55,205 nucleotides of DNA from a virus. Taxonomy: Duplodnaviria; Caudoviricetes. The notes beneath the pieces are model-generated. The model ran no database searches and was not told the origin of the DNA. It saw only the letters and a list, made by a program, of their open reading frames with translations. Positions 36,275-45,031 of the stretch are shown piece after piece (within the stretch, counting starts at the first letter, position 1; every line of letters starts with the position of its first letter). Made by a program: the position numbers and the translations under genes. The stretch lies in IMG/VR virus record IMGVR_UViG_3300031974_005644, positions 1 through 55,205 of that record; one strand, 5' to 3'.

Positions 36275-36525
36275 GAATAGCTGAAAACGGGCCGGAGATG
36301 ATCCCGGCTTGCATGCCTGCCACGGTGTAGAACACGACGCCTACACTTTTCGCCGCCGCCCGGTCCTGCATCATCGCTTGCTGGCGATGGCCGTTGCTTG
36401 CCGGATTATCGCTGCACATCATCACTGCGCACTTCCGCTTTCAAGCGATGCCGTCCGGGGCCTCGCGCTACGCACTTGGCTGGTGCCGCATCCTTCAAAG
36501 CTCTCGGCTGTCCGAGATTTCTAAC
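36275..36525 (-). ncRNA. candidate structured RNA between two terminators
   Basis: Multiple hairpins and no convincing ORF. Confidence 0.4.
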
Positions 36526-36528
36526 GAC

Positions 36529-36553
36529 AAAAGCCCGCTGATCGGCGGGCTTC
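36529..36553 (-). terminator. tR'-like terminator
   Basis: AAGCCCGCC-GAT-CAGCGGGCTTTT just after the pR'-like promoter. Confidence 0.75.
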
Positions 36554-36568
36554 TTAGGCAACTACTGC

Positions 36569-36608
36569 AATGTACCTGAATGGTGCATCCTTAATTCCAG
36601 AATGTCAA
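36569..36608 (-). promoter_or_regulatory. pR'-like late promoter
   Basis: TTGACA (36608-36603)-17 nt-CACCAT, followed by a -10-like TACATT (possible sigma pause element), directly downstream of Q. Confidence 0.6.
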
Positions 36609-37075
36609 ATCGCCCTGATCCGTGGGCCGTAGGTCTCCATCATCGCGCGGTCGTGCGTGTTGTTCACGTAGTAGCGAACCGCCTCACGTAGCAGCCCCAT
36701 GGCGCGGTCATGCAGGATCGTGACCAACTCACGGTCAGCCTGGGCGGCGTTCGCGATCTCCTGCAGCGACATGATGCGAATGAAGCGCGCACGGATGATG
36801 TCGCGGGCCTGGCTGTGCAGCTCGATCACTCGGGCGTCGATCATCCGATACAGCCCCTGCCCGTCTTCGTCGGCTCGCATGTACTCGGCAAAGGCTGGAT
36901 CGGCATGTGTGCCCAGCGGCCGGCTGAACCGGGCCTGCTGCTCCACGCTGCCACCGCTCCCCAGGCCGGGCCGCTGCACCCTCGCCCATCCGCCCCAGTC
37001 GCGCATCACCTCGGTCAGCACGTCGTTGCGGCGATAGCGGGCCTTCACGCTCTCCATCTTGATCGCTGCCATCAC
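36605..37075 (-). CDS. late antiterminator Q-like protein
   Basis: WGGWAR N-terminal motif, C-terminal sigma4-like HTH, position at the end of the nin region. Confidence 0.7.
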   Translation of the reverse strand: MMAAIKMESVKARYRRNDVLTEVMRDWGGWARVQRPGLGSGGSVEQQARFSRPLGTHADPAFAEYMRADEDGQGLYRMIDARVIELHSQARDIIRARFIRIMSLQEIANAAQADRELVTILHDRAMGLLREAVRYYVNNTHDRAMMETYGPRIRAI

Positions 37076-37281
37076 AGCCGCTCCCCCATCCGTGTAGCAA
37101 TCTCGGCCAGCAGCGCCTTGCTCGCAATCGCCGACAGCGGCTCATCAACCGCCCAGGCCTCGACGCTGCTCGCCCGGTGGCCGCACTCCCGGCACTCGTA
37201 CCGCCGGCGCCGGCGGGCGGCTTCCTGCCGACTCTCTCGCACGATCAGACTCGGGCTCAGGCACTTCGGGCAGGCGTTCAT
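37072..37281 (-). CDS. zinc-ribbon protein (Ogr/NrdR N-terminal-like)
   Basis: CPKC...ESR...RRRRYECRECGHR. Confidence 0.75.
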   Translation of the reverse strand: MNACPKCLSPSLIVRESRQEAARRRRRYECRECGHRASSVEAWAVDEPLSAIASKALLAEIATRMGERL

Positions 37282-37649
37282 GCGGGCTCCATGCTCAGAT
37301 ACCGCGTGATCGATTCCGCCGCCTCATCCCACCCTTTGGCCACGACCGTGGCGTAACCCTGCCCAGCGAGCCGTGCCAGCCATTCGCGCTGTTCGGGTGA
37401 CGTGGTGCTGCCCTTGCGCCGCTTAAGCTCCACGAACAGCCCGTGGGAGCCACCACGGGGCACCGGCAGGCAAAGATCAGGAACGCCGGGTTTCACACCT
37501 TCGGCTTTCAGGCGCCCGGCAGTGGCTTTGCTGCGATGGCCACCGTTGGGCACGGCGAACAAAAGCGCCAGTTCGGGATACGCGGCCTTTGACGCAGCGG
37601 CCCAACGCATCAGGGCCACTTGCTCGACGTGTTCGGTTGGGCAGGTCAT
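37278..37649 (-). CDS. VRR-NUC nuclease
   Basis: AVPNGG...GVKPGVPDL...FVELK...SPEQREW. Confidence 0.88.
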   Translation of the reverse strand: MTCPTEHVEQVALMRWAAASKAAYPELALLFAVPNGGHRSKATAGRLKAEGVKPGVPDLCLPVPRGGSHGLFVELKRRKGSTTSPEQREWLARLAGQGYATVVAKGWDEAAESITRYLSMEPA

Positions 37650-38401
37650 GCCGCTCCTCCCATGAATAACTCACCCTGTCGCTCGTTCGCTGGTGCGGCG
37701 TAACCGGCGATTCGATCCGACCACCGTTGCGCCTCGCGCCAGTCGTTCGCATTGCGCCCTTGGCGGCGAGCTGCAAATGACCAGGCCATGGAGTCGGCGG
37801 TATGAAGCAAGGCCCGAACCAGCCCAGATGAAAGCGCAGTCGTCTTGAGCCCGAAGCCGTGCAGCCGAAGGTCGGGCCGCTCGAACTTGATGGCGCTCAG
37901 CACGCGCTCGATTGATCGCGGGTCTCCGTTGCGCTTGCACACAGATCCCACTCCAACCCAGTGCCCATGCGTCAGGCGGTCGCCATAGGCGCGAACATGG
38001 TCGACGTACTCTGAGGGTTGAAAGCCCTGCAGCACCGGCATGATGTAAACCCCGCCAACGTCGCAGGCCAGAAGATCGTCATAGCGCTGAATCGTCATGC
38101 GCTGATGCTCAGCAACGGATAGCCCGGTCTTGGCCACTACGAAGGGCTCGCACATATAGTCCTGAGCGACGGCTGCCAGAAGGTTGCCATTGGTCGCCCA
38201 GCGCTTGATCTCGCTGGCGTACTCGGCCACTGAGTGCCGATACCGGCCATGCGTCGTGACTTCGGTGAAGGCGCCAGAGTCCATGATCCAATCGCCGACC
38301 TGAAACGGTCCTTTGCGCGTCCGCAAACGGTTGACGCTGATGAACGCTGCGTCGAAGTGCTTCGCGTCGCTTGGTTGGTGAAGGCCGACGAAGAACTTCA
38401 T
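37646..38401 (-). CDS. DpdA/TGT-fold (queuine tRNA-ribosyltransferase-like) protein, putative 7-deazaguanine DNA transglycosylase
   Basis: DSGAF, QDYMCEP, PVLQG, GVGS, LHGFG, DSMAWS motifs. Confidence 0.7.
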   Translation of the reverse strand: MKFFVGLHQPSDAKHFDAAFISVNRLRTRKGPFQVGDWIMDSGAFTEVTTHGRYRHSVAEYASEIKRWATNGNLLAAVAQDYMCEPFVVAKTGLSVAEHQRMTIQRYDDLLACDVGGVYIMPVLQGFQPSEYVDHVRAYGDRLTHGHWVGVGSVCKRNGDPRSIERVLSAIKFERPDLRLHGFGLKTTALSSGLVRALLHTADSMAWSFAARRQGRNANDWREAQRWSDRIAGYAAPANERQGELFMGGAA

Positions 38402-38604
38402 CCCACCACCTCGATCTTGCCCCGGCACACGCCATCGTCATCGCGCATGTGCGTCGCAAACGAAACTCCCCGGTAGTCCGGCACCTGATCGATTTCAATC
38501 GTCCGATACCGGGCGCAGCTTTCGCGCTCATTGCAGATCGGGTCGGACGGCCCCAGTCCGATGCGACCGGCGCAGCGGCTCATGTCGAGGGACAGTGGGC
38601 TCAT
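38398..38604 (-). CDS. small Cys-rich hypothetical protein
   Basis: DMSRCAG...C..RESCARY; coupled to both neighbours. Confidence 0.6.
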   Translation of the reverse strand: MSPLSLDMSRCAGRIGLGPSDPICNERESCARYRTIEIDQVPDYRGVSFATHMRDDDGVCRGKIEVVG

Positions 38605-38867
38605 GCCGCCAACCTCCCCAGCGTCACGTTCAGCGCCTTGAGCTCGTCCATTTTGCGAATGCGCCACAAAGTCTTGTCGCCATGCCAACCGATGGGGCCG
38701 CGATGACAATCCGCGCAGACGGAAATCACGGCAAAGTGAAGGCCTTGGACGATGTGGTGTGCTTCGCTTGGCCCTCCGCGCAGGCAAATCACGCACGGCA
38801 GCTCCTTCACCCGGGCGAGGTGCACGCGCTCGGCAGCGGTCAGGGGGCGGGAGTTTTTGCTTCTCAT
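38601..38867 (-). CDS. Ref/DUF968-like His-Cys nuclease-family protein
   Basis: LPCVIC...EAHH...VCADCHRG..GWHG. Confidence 0.7.
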   Translation of the reverse strand: MRSKNSRPLTAAERVHLARVKELPCVICLRGGPSEAHHIVQGLHFAVISVCADCHRGPIGWHGDKTLWRIRKMDELKALNVTLGRLAA

Positions 38868-39346
38868 GCCGCCCGCCCCTGCTCGGCACGCATCAACGAC
38901 TGAAACTCAGGGTCTGACCATTCGACGCTGTGCTGCCCGCCGAACGCATAAAGCAGGTCGATCAGATCGCCCATCTGCCGCACCGTGAACCGGCTAGTGC
39001 GCTGCCCCAAAATGACGAAACCACCATTGATGCCAGCGGCGACGCGCTGATGCTGTTTCAGCCCGGCGCTGATGATGTGCTTCCAGTCATCCGGCGTGAG
39101 CTTCTGCATCAAGCCGTCGACCGGCCATTGAACCTGACGACTTATGTCGGTCAAGGCGGCCCACATGAGGCGATTCTGCACGTCGCTTCGCTTGTCACCC
39201 GACGCTTTCCATGACACGTCCTGCGGGCCATCGCTGGCAATCGCTTCGGTGATGGCGCGCCAGACGCGGGTGAGGCTTTCGCGGTTTGCGGTGAGGGTCG
39301 CGCTCATGCCGTCACCCGAATATGCCGCTGGCTTCTTGCTTGACAA
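38864..39346 (-). CDS. ninB: NinB recombination protein
   Basis: KRSDVQNRLMWAALTDISRQV.W...WK...GQRTSRF...LYAFG...V.WS. Confidence 0.88.
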   Translation of the reverse strand: MSSKKPAAYSGDGMSATLTANRESLTRVWRAITEAIASDGPQDVSWKASGDKRSDVQNRLMWAALTDISRQVQWPVDGLMQKLTPDDWKHIISAGLKQHQRVAAGINGGFVILGQRTSRFTVRQMGDLIDLLYAFGGQHSVEWSDPEFQSLMRAEQGRAA

Positions 39347-39779
39347 TCTTTCATCTGATTGAGCCTCCTTAAAATCTGGTGTAACTCAGGTAAAAACGCT
39401 TCAGAACTGGTGGTGAGCCTTGAGGTAATCGGGTATGTCTCGAACATCCCAAATGAATGGGCGTTCTCGACATACCCGTTCAGAACCGTATGGAGCCGCC
39501 CATCGGATAACGGGGCACCCATGCCCGACGCGGCTGGGTACTGAAGCGTTCACGGCACGTCGCCGCTGGGCTGGTCGCTTCCGGCTTACAAAGGGGGCAA
39601 ATGCCGCTTGCTCTGTTTGCCTGTCTCTCATCGCGCCCTTGCCCATCCCGCTGTTGGCGCACCCGTCACGACTCCGTGCCCAGCCGGTTCAATCGTCGCG
39701 GAGCCATTCCGGCTCACTTACACCTATGCGTTCACGATCAAGACGGTACAAACACGGAACCTTTTTCTTGCGTTAGGCG

Positions 39780-40682
39780 CTAAGCGGCCCTCCGCATTTG
39801 CGTGAGTTCACGCGCCAGGGCGCGAGCCCCATGCGCGAGGTGAAAGTCGTTTGCATCGGTGCCGGTTTCCGGTGGCATCCACCACGGCAGGCCGGTGGCC
39901 TCTGCGGCTTTTTGGCCGGTTCCGCTGGCATCGTTGTCAGCCACCACGAACCCGCCGATGCGCTTTGCGACGTGCGTGAGGTTCCCAGCGCTGAAACACA
40001 CCACCACCCGCGCGGGCCAGTACACGGCGCGCAGGGCTTCTCGGATGGACAAGCCGGTGGCGAATCCTTCGCACAGCACAGCGGCCCGCTCTGAGCCCAT
40101 TGCGAACACCGAACCGCGCGCACGGCCACCCGGCAGGAACTTCTTTTGAAAGCCGTCAGCGCCGCGCCATATCTGCTGGATGGACTGGACCTTGCGGTTA
40201 TCCATGGAGCGCATCGGGATCAGCAGCGCTTGCCCATGAATCAGTCCGCGCTCGTTCGGAAAGCCCTTCTCGGCCAGGTACTGATGCGTCCCTATGGCTG
40301 AATCGCTGACGAGCCTCTGAGCCCGCTCTGCGGCCTTGTTCCACTCGCGTTCCTGTTGCGCTGCGAACCGCCGATCCTCTGCCGCGCGTTCGGCTCTGCG
40401 CTTGGCGTAATCAACGGGGCTCTGTTCTGGCTCTGTGCCCGTCCAGCCGCCTTGTCGGGCGAGGTGATACAGGCTGCCGATGCCAATGCCTCCATGGGCT
40501 CGGATGGAGCGCCAGACGACCTTCGCATCACGCTCTTTCCAGCGGTCGTCGTTCTCACTCCACTGAGCCCAAACGTCCCATCCGGAATCACCCAGCTCCG
40601 ACTTGATGGCCATGGCCATGCGGACCCACACGTCGCGGTCGTCGGCAGGGATGAAGCGCAGGGCGTCGGAAATGTCGCTCAT
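39780..40682 (-). CDS. primase (PriCT-2 + Toprim)
   Basis: ALRFIPADDRDVWVRMAMAIKSE; CEGFATGLS, ADND, DANDF; start re-placed at 40682. Confidence 0.85.
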   Translation of the reverse strand: MSDISDALRFIPADDRDVWVRMAMAIKSELGDSGWDVWAQWSENDDRWKERDAKVVWRSIRAHGGIGIGSLYHLARQGGWTGTEPEQSPVDYAKRRAERAAEDRRFAAQQEREWNKAAERAQRLVSDSAIGTHQYLAEKGFPNERGLIHGQALLIPMRSMDNRKVQSIQQIWRGADGFQKKFLPGGRARGSVFAMGSERAAVLCEGFATGLSIREALRAVYWPARVVVCFSAGNLTHVAKRIGGFVVADNDASGTGQKAAEATGLPWWMPPETGTDANDFHLAHGARALARELTQMRRAA

Positions 40683-42220
40683 GCGGCCTTCCGTTTGATG
40701 CGGTTGGCGTACGCGATGTTCTTGGCCTTGATCATGTTCAAGACCGCTGCGCTGATCGGTGCCGGTGGCGTGTTGTCGAAGTTCCACATGCGGGACGGCT
40801 CACGCCCGGCGATGTCGCGGTAGAGGTGGTAAGCCCTGCCCCGCTGCTTGTCCTCGTTGGAATGGCCGCGCGCGTAGGCGCACGCCTGCTGCCAAAGCTC
40901 GTAATCGTTGATCGTTGTGCCGGTCTTGCCGATCTTGATTTCATGCAGCCCGGAGCCCGGCAACACTTCCACGTTGCTGGCGCGTTTGACCTCATGACCG
41001 CATGACATACAGCGACCGACGAACGGGTGATAGCCGCACGCGGGGCAGTTCTTGGCCTTGTCCTCGTCGTCCTCTTTGCGGACGATCTTGTCGAGCTTTT
41101 CCCCGGCGTCCAGAGCGGTCAGACCGTTGAAAAAGACGTCGGTGTAATCCTCTGCGAAGCGCAGAATGTTCCCGGTAAAGTCCAGCAGCAGGCATTCATT
41201 TTTCCCGGTGCCGGGCGACGAACGCAGGCCACGGCCCCACATCTGAATCGCGGTGCTGAGACTCTTTTGCAGCGGGCGGCAGTCGCACACACACTCCACG
41301 TCAGGCACGTCGAAACCCTTGGCAAGTGCTTCGACGCTGATCAGCACCCGCAGGCGAGAATCAGGCTTGCGGTACTCATCCAGCAGCGCCTTACGTTCTG
41401 GCGGCGTGGTGTGGGCGCTGAACACGGCGGCCTCGATTCCGGCAGCGTTGAACGCCCGCGCCATTTCCTCGCAGTGGGCAATGGTGGCGCCGAAAACAAT
41501 GGTCTTTTTGCCGTACGCGGCCTTGCACCACTCGCTGACCACGTCGCCGATGATGGCCATGCCGCGCTCAGCAGCTGCGGTGTCCGTCCACTCTCCGCCG
41601 CTGGTGGGCGCGCCGGTCATGTCAACTCGGGTGCTGGTGAGTACGCGCATCGGCACCAGCACGCCCGACTCGGTCAACTCATGCGCGGTGGTGGCGTTGA
41701 TGAGGTTCGTGAACAGCTTCCCCAGCCCCTTCGAAAATGGCGTGGCCGACAGGCCGACGACCTTTGCCCGGCAATCGGGTATGTGCTTGGTCCAAGCCGT
41801 CATCTGCGTGTGCGCTTCGTCAATCACGATCACGTCTGCATCCGGCCAGTCGCGCCGCGCCAAGGTCTGAGCGCTAGCGATCTGGAACGGCATGGACTTA
41901 TCGGCGCGTGGGTTGTCCGCCTGCATGATTCCGTGAGCCGACAAACCAAACTGATCGGCTTGCGCGCTGGCCTGGTTGATCAACGTCGTCCGGTCACAGA
42001 CGAAGATGGCTTTGCGCCCGCGCTTCAACGCCTCCGAAACCACCTGCAAGCCCAGGTACAACTTGCCCGCGCCAGTCGGCGCCATGACCATCTGATTCTT
42101 GTGTCCCGCTCTGGCGCCCTCGCGCAACTGCTCATGCGCCGTCACCTGAAAAGGGCGCGGCGGCGGGAACGAAGTTGACTCGTAGTTAGGCGAGTCCACG
42201 AAGAGCGGGATCGTATTCAC
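40679..42220 (-). CDS. superfamily 2 (DExH) helicase with C-terminal zinc ribbon
   Basis: APTGAGKL, IDEAH, LSATP, KGFDVPD, QMWGRGLR, CPAC...CMSC. Confidence 0.9.
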   Translation of the reverse strand: MNTIPLFVDSPNYESTSFPPPRPFQVTAHEQLREGARAGHKNQMVMAPTGAGKLYLGLQVVSEALKRGRKAIFVCDRTTLINQASAQADQFGLSAHGIMQADNPRADKSMPFQIASAQTLARRDWPDADVIVIDEAHTQMTAWTKHIPDCRAKVVGLSATPFSKGLGKLFTNLINATTAHELTESGVLVPMRVLTSTRVDMTGAPTSGGEWTDTAAAERGMAIIGDVVSEWCKAAYGKKTIVFGATIAHCEEMARAFNAAGIEAAVFSAHTTPPERKALLDEYRKPDSRLRVLISVEALAKGFDVPDVECVCDCRPLQKSLSTAIQMWGRGLRSSPGTGKNECLLLDFTGNILRFAEDYTDVFFNGLTALDAGEKLDKIVRKEDDEDKAKNCPACGYHPFVGRCMSCGHEVKRASNVEVLPGSGLHEIKIGKTGTTINDYELWQQACAYARGHSNEDKQRGRAYHLYRDIAGREPSRMWNFDNTPPAPISAAVLNMIKAKNIAYANRIKRKAA

Positions 42221-43023
42221 GCGGCTTGCCGATCCATTTCACGCTTGAGCTTCAAGTACCGACGCTTCCATTCGGCGGACTCGTTCATGTACTGATTGCG
42301 CTGGCCTTCAACCACGCGGACGAGGTTGTTCAGTCGCTCAATCTCTGCAACCGATGCGGCGACCTTATCGTCCGACGCCAGCAACCGATCAAAGGCTTCC
42401 TGATTGCGCTGGATTTCCTGCTCAGCGGCGGCCAGTTCGTCTTCGCTGGGGCCGAACTCTTCGTGCTCTTCGTTGGCGGCGATTGGGAGCGATGGGAACT
42501 GCGAGGTGGAATCCGATTCCACCCGACCCGTCTGGATTGGCGCTTCAACCTTCCCCGCAATGCTCTTTTCGCGGTTGTCTTGCTGCCTAGATTTGATTTC
42601 TGGGGATCTGATTGCGGCCACGAATGGATGGCTAACACCGCACACCTTCGCGGCCTCGCGGTCACTCATCTGCGCCCATTCCGCATCAGCCAACAACGTC
42701 TCGACGGCCTTGCGCTTGTCGGCATTACTGCGGCGCAGGCCGTGGTCAGCATTCGCGCCAAGGCTGTGCAGCACCGCGTCACGCTTCGCGCCCTCGATGA
42801 CCTTGGCTTCAATCTCGGCACGCCCCGCTTTCTTTGCGGCGAAGTAGCGGTGAAAGCCATCGGCCAGCCAGTAGGCCGTGCCGTCATAAAACACTGTGAC
42901 CGGCGGGAAAGCCGCGCCCGCCTCGATGGCTTCGGCATAGTCCGCCACCACCGCTTCGTTCAGCTCAGCGCGTGACTGCGTGCCGCCATCAATGCGGATC
43001 ATCTGGATTTCGATGTGACTCAT
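42217..43023 (-). CDS. ParB/Srx-like domain protein
   Basis: FPPVTVF...LADGFHRYFA...ANADHGLRRS...HTH. Confidence 0.8.
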   Translation of the reverse strand: MSHIEIQMIRIDGGTQSRAELNEAVVADYAEAIEAGAAFPPVTVFYDGTAYWLADGFHRYFAAKKAGRAEIEAKVIEGAKRDAVLHSLGANADHGLRRSNADKRKAVETLLADAEWAQMSDREAAKVCGVSHPFVAAIRSPEIKSRQQDNREKSIAGKVEAPIQTGRVESDSTSQFPSLPIAANEEHEEFGPSEDELAAAEQEIQRNQEAFDRLLASDDKVAASVAEIERLNNLVRVVEGQRNQYMNESAEWKRRYLKLKREMDRQAA

Positions 43024-43292
43024 GCGGCTTCCTTGAGTTGGGGGTGAGCGGCTTCAAACGCCGCGTTCGCGTGTTCTTGGCAAAGGGCGCGCGCGGGGGC
43101 GCCTTCCGCAAAGCCGGGAATCTGTAAGGGGGTGCTGCCAAACCACGGCTCGAAGTGCCAAACCGATGCGCCCATGTCGGCGCCGGGATGCTTGACAGCG
43201 GCGACGGTGTAGCCAGGCGGATGGCTGACCTGGACGTACTTGCCCTTGCGGGTCCAGGTGAGGATCGGCGCGTCGAGCCAATGCGTACTCAT
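43020..43292 (-). CDS. hypothetical protein
   Basis: Coupled ORF ending EAA with an ATGA overlap. Confidence 0.55.
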   Translation of the reverse strand: MSTHWLDAPILTWTRKGKYVQVSHPPGYTVAAVKHPGADMGASVWHFEPWFGSTPLQIPGFAEGAPARALCQEHANAAFEAAHPQLKEAA

Positions 43293-43392
43293 GCGGTCTG
43301 CAACCTCATCAATCGGATGAGGCGTGTCGCCGTGTGCGGGCCAATAGCGCCGCGCTCGTACAGCCAGACAATCAGCGACTTGGGGCGCGCCT

Positions 43393-43602
43393 TCATGCCA
43401 GCGACTCCAAGTCCAACAGCAGCTTCCGCCGCTCGCGTGGCGTTAAACGGGCGCCGCGCAGCTCATGCTCCATCCGCTTGCGTTCGCTCTGCACGTTGGT
43501 CGACGAACTCACCAAGCGCGGCGCAGGCAGCAAAGTGGCGCCTTTGCGCGGCGGTTTGATCGACGTAAATTCGAGGCGCGGGAAACGGGCGGGCTTGCTC
43601 AT
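43393..43602 (-). CDS. hypothetical protein
   Basis: Coupled to cII by an ATGA overlap. Confidence 0.5.
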   Translation of the reverse strand: MSKPARFPRLEFTSIKPPRKGATLLPAPRLVSSSTNVQSERKRMEHELRGARLTPRERRKLLLDLESLA

Positions 43603-43907
43603 TCATCCACCGCCATATCGCTGGCGTTCTGAATCTGCCGCAGGCGTTCGCGAGCAAGCGTCAGGATCGCTTCCATCTGATCTTCCGGGTAGCACTTCAT
43701 CTCCACCGGGACGACCTTCAAACCGGCGTGCGCAAGCACTGCGCAGAACGTCTCGATGTGGTCCGACTTGAGTCGGCTGATGGTGCTGCCCGACACGCCC
43801 ATCGTCGCTGCGATGGCGTCTTGCGAACCTGCAAGCCTCTGCATGACAAGGCTGACGTATTTGCGTGCGCGCTCCGCAGGTGTCGGGGACGATGTGGCCA
43901 TGAACAT
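43599..43907 (-). CDS. cII: CII-like transcriptional activator
   Basis: QDAIAATMGVSGSTISRLK HTH and LAHAGLKVVP motif; position after cro. Confidence 0.8.
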   Translation of the reverse strand: MFMATSSPTPAERARKYVSLVMQRLAGSQDAIAATMGVSGSTISRLKSDHIETFCAVLAHAGLKVVPVEMKCYPEDQMEAILTLARERLRQIQNASDMAVDE

Positions 43908-44010
43908 CAGCCCTCGCCAACTGAATAGAAAGCCCGACCGCCGCCAGGGGAAAACGACGGCCGGGAGGCCCCCTGCTCGGGGAGGGAAAAAGCAGGACAA
44001 GGGAAGAGAT

Positions 44011-44241
44011 TCACGCGGCGGCCTTGCCGCGAAGCACGTGCCACGGCACGTCGGATCGGAGTTCTTCGCAGGTCACGGCGCCGTTGGTGGCGGCTTCGAT
44101 CCGCATGCAGAGGCTTTCGCCAGGGTTCTTGAACCCCCCAGCGACAAGTTGCATGTATCCGGTCGAGGTTCCGCAGGACGCTGCGAAGCACTCCCGATCA
44201 GGGCCAGGGCGCAATGATTTCCAGTAGTCGGCGATTTTCAC
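44011..44241 (-). CDS. cro: Cro-like (YdaS family) repressor
   Basis: FAASCGTSTGYM...IEAATNGAVTCEELRSDVPW; divergent from cI. Confidence 0.85.
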   Translation of the reverse strand: MKIADYWKSLRPGPDRECFAASCGTSTGYMQLVAGGFKNPGESLCMRIEAATNGAVTCEELRSDVPWHVLRGKAAA

Positions 44242-44247
44242 AGGGCC

Positions 44248-44318
44248 AGAATATACCCACAGATAAAGTCCTGCAATACCCGCAGGGCATTTACCTAACG
44301 GTATCCCGGCAACATTCT
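44248..44318. promoter_or_regulatory. OR region: three operators with PR and PRM
   Basis: Sites ATACCCACAGATAA, ATACCCGCAGGGCA, TTACCTAACGGTAT (consensus WTACC-N4-GGTAW); PR TTGCAG-17-TATTCT (minus); PRM TTTACC-17-CATTCT (plus). Confidence 0.7.
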
Positions 44319-44324
44319 CGCGTC

Positions 44325-45023
44325 GTGATTGATCATGACCGCCGCCGCCGCCGCTTGATGAGCCTCATTGGTGACAAGCCAATGAAGGACTTTGCCGATA
44401 AGGTCAGCCGGGCCCCTGCTCAGGTATCGCACTGGGTGAGCGGCGAAAAGAACATCGGCGAAAAGACCGTCCATCACCTATCTTCAATCTTCGCCTTGCC
44501 GCCCGGATGGTTCGACCAAGAAGTACCCACTCGCGAAGAGCTACACGGCGTCCTAGACATCCGAGACGAGTGGGCGACGTCGATCAAGAAGAACAACCGC
44601 GACATCCAAATCCCCCTGCTCGACAGCCGCGCCAGCATGGGCAACGGCACGCCGCTGACCGACTACGTCAACGTGGTCGAGATGGTCACCGCCAACCTGC
44701 CCGAGCTGCGCACCCGCGTCAGCTTCAGCGCCCCCCACAACCTGCGGCTGCTCACCGGCTACGGCGACAGCATGAGCCCCACCTTCAACGACGGCGACGT
44801 GCTGCTGATCGACATGGGCGTGACCGACCTCACGCTCGACGCCGTGTACGTCATGGAGCGCCACGACCAGCTGTACGTCAAACGCATCCAGCGGCGCACC
44901 ACCGGCGCCCTGCGCATGATCAGCGACAACCCGGTATACCCGCCCGAAGACATCGACCCCAACCGCGACGGCTTCGACGTGCGCGCCAGGGTGCTGTGCG
45001 TTTGGAACTTTCGGAAACTATAG
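44325..45023 (+). CDS. cI: CI repressor (HTH + S24 autopeptidase)
   Basis: N-terminal HTH; SMGNG cleavage region, GDSMSP serine motif, YVKR lysine motif; start re-placed at GTG 44325. Confidence 0.9.
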   Translation: MIDHDRRRRRLMSLIGDKPMKDFADKVSRAPAQVSHWVSGEKNIGEKTVHHLSSIFALPPGWFDQEVPTREELHGVLDIRDEWATSIKKNNRDIQIPLLDSRASMGNGTPLTDYVNVVEMVTANLPELRTRVSFSAPHNLRLLTGYGDSMSPTFNDGDVLLIDMGVTDLTLDAVYVMERHDQLYVKRIQRRTTGALRMISDNPVYPPEDIDPNRDGFDVRARVLCVWNFRKL

Positions 45024-45031
45024 AGAACGGC

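Noticed and set aside
36470-36500. TGCGGCACCA resembling a tRNA 3' end
   Set aside because: No T-arm or matching acceptor 5' strand found upstream.
39350-39780. Short ORFs between primase and ninB
   Set aside because: No recognisable motifs or consistent SD/coupling; left unannotated.
44507-45031. N-terminal extension of the 351-aa ORF overlapping cI
   Set aside because: Arg/Pro/His-rich off-frame read of cI; the real gene most likely starts at 45032.
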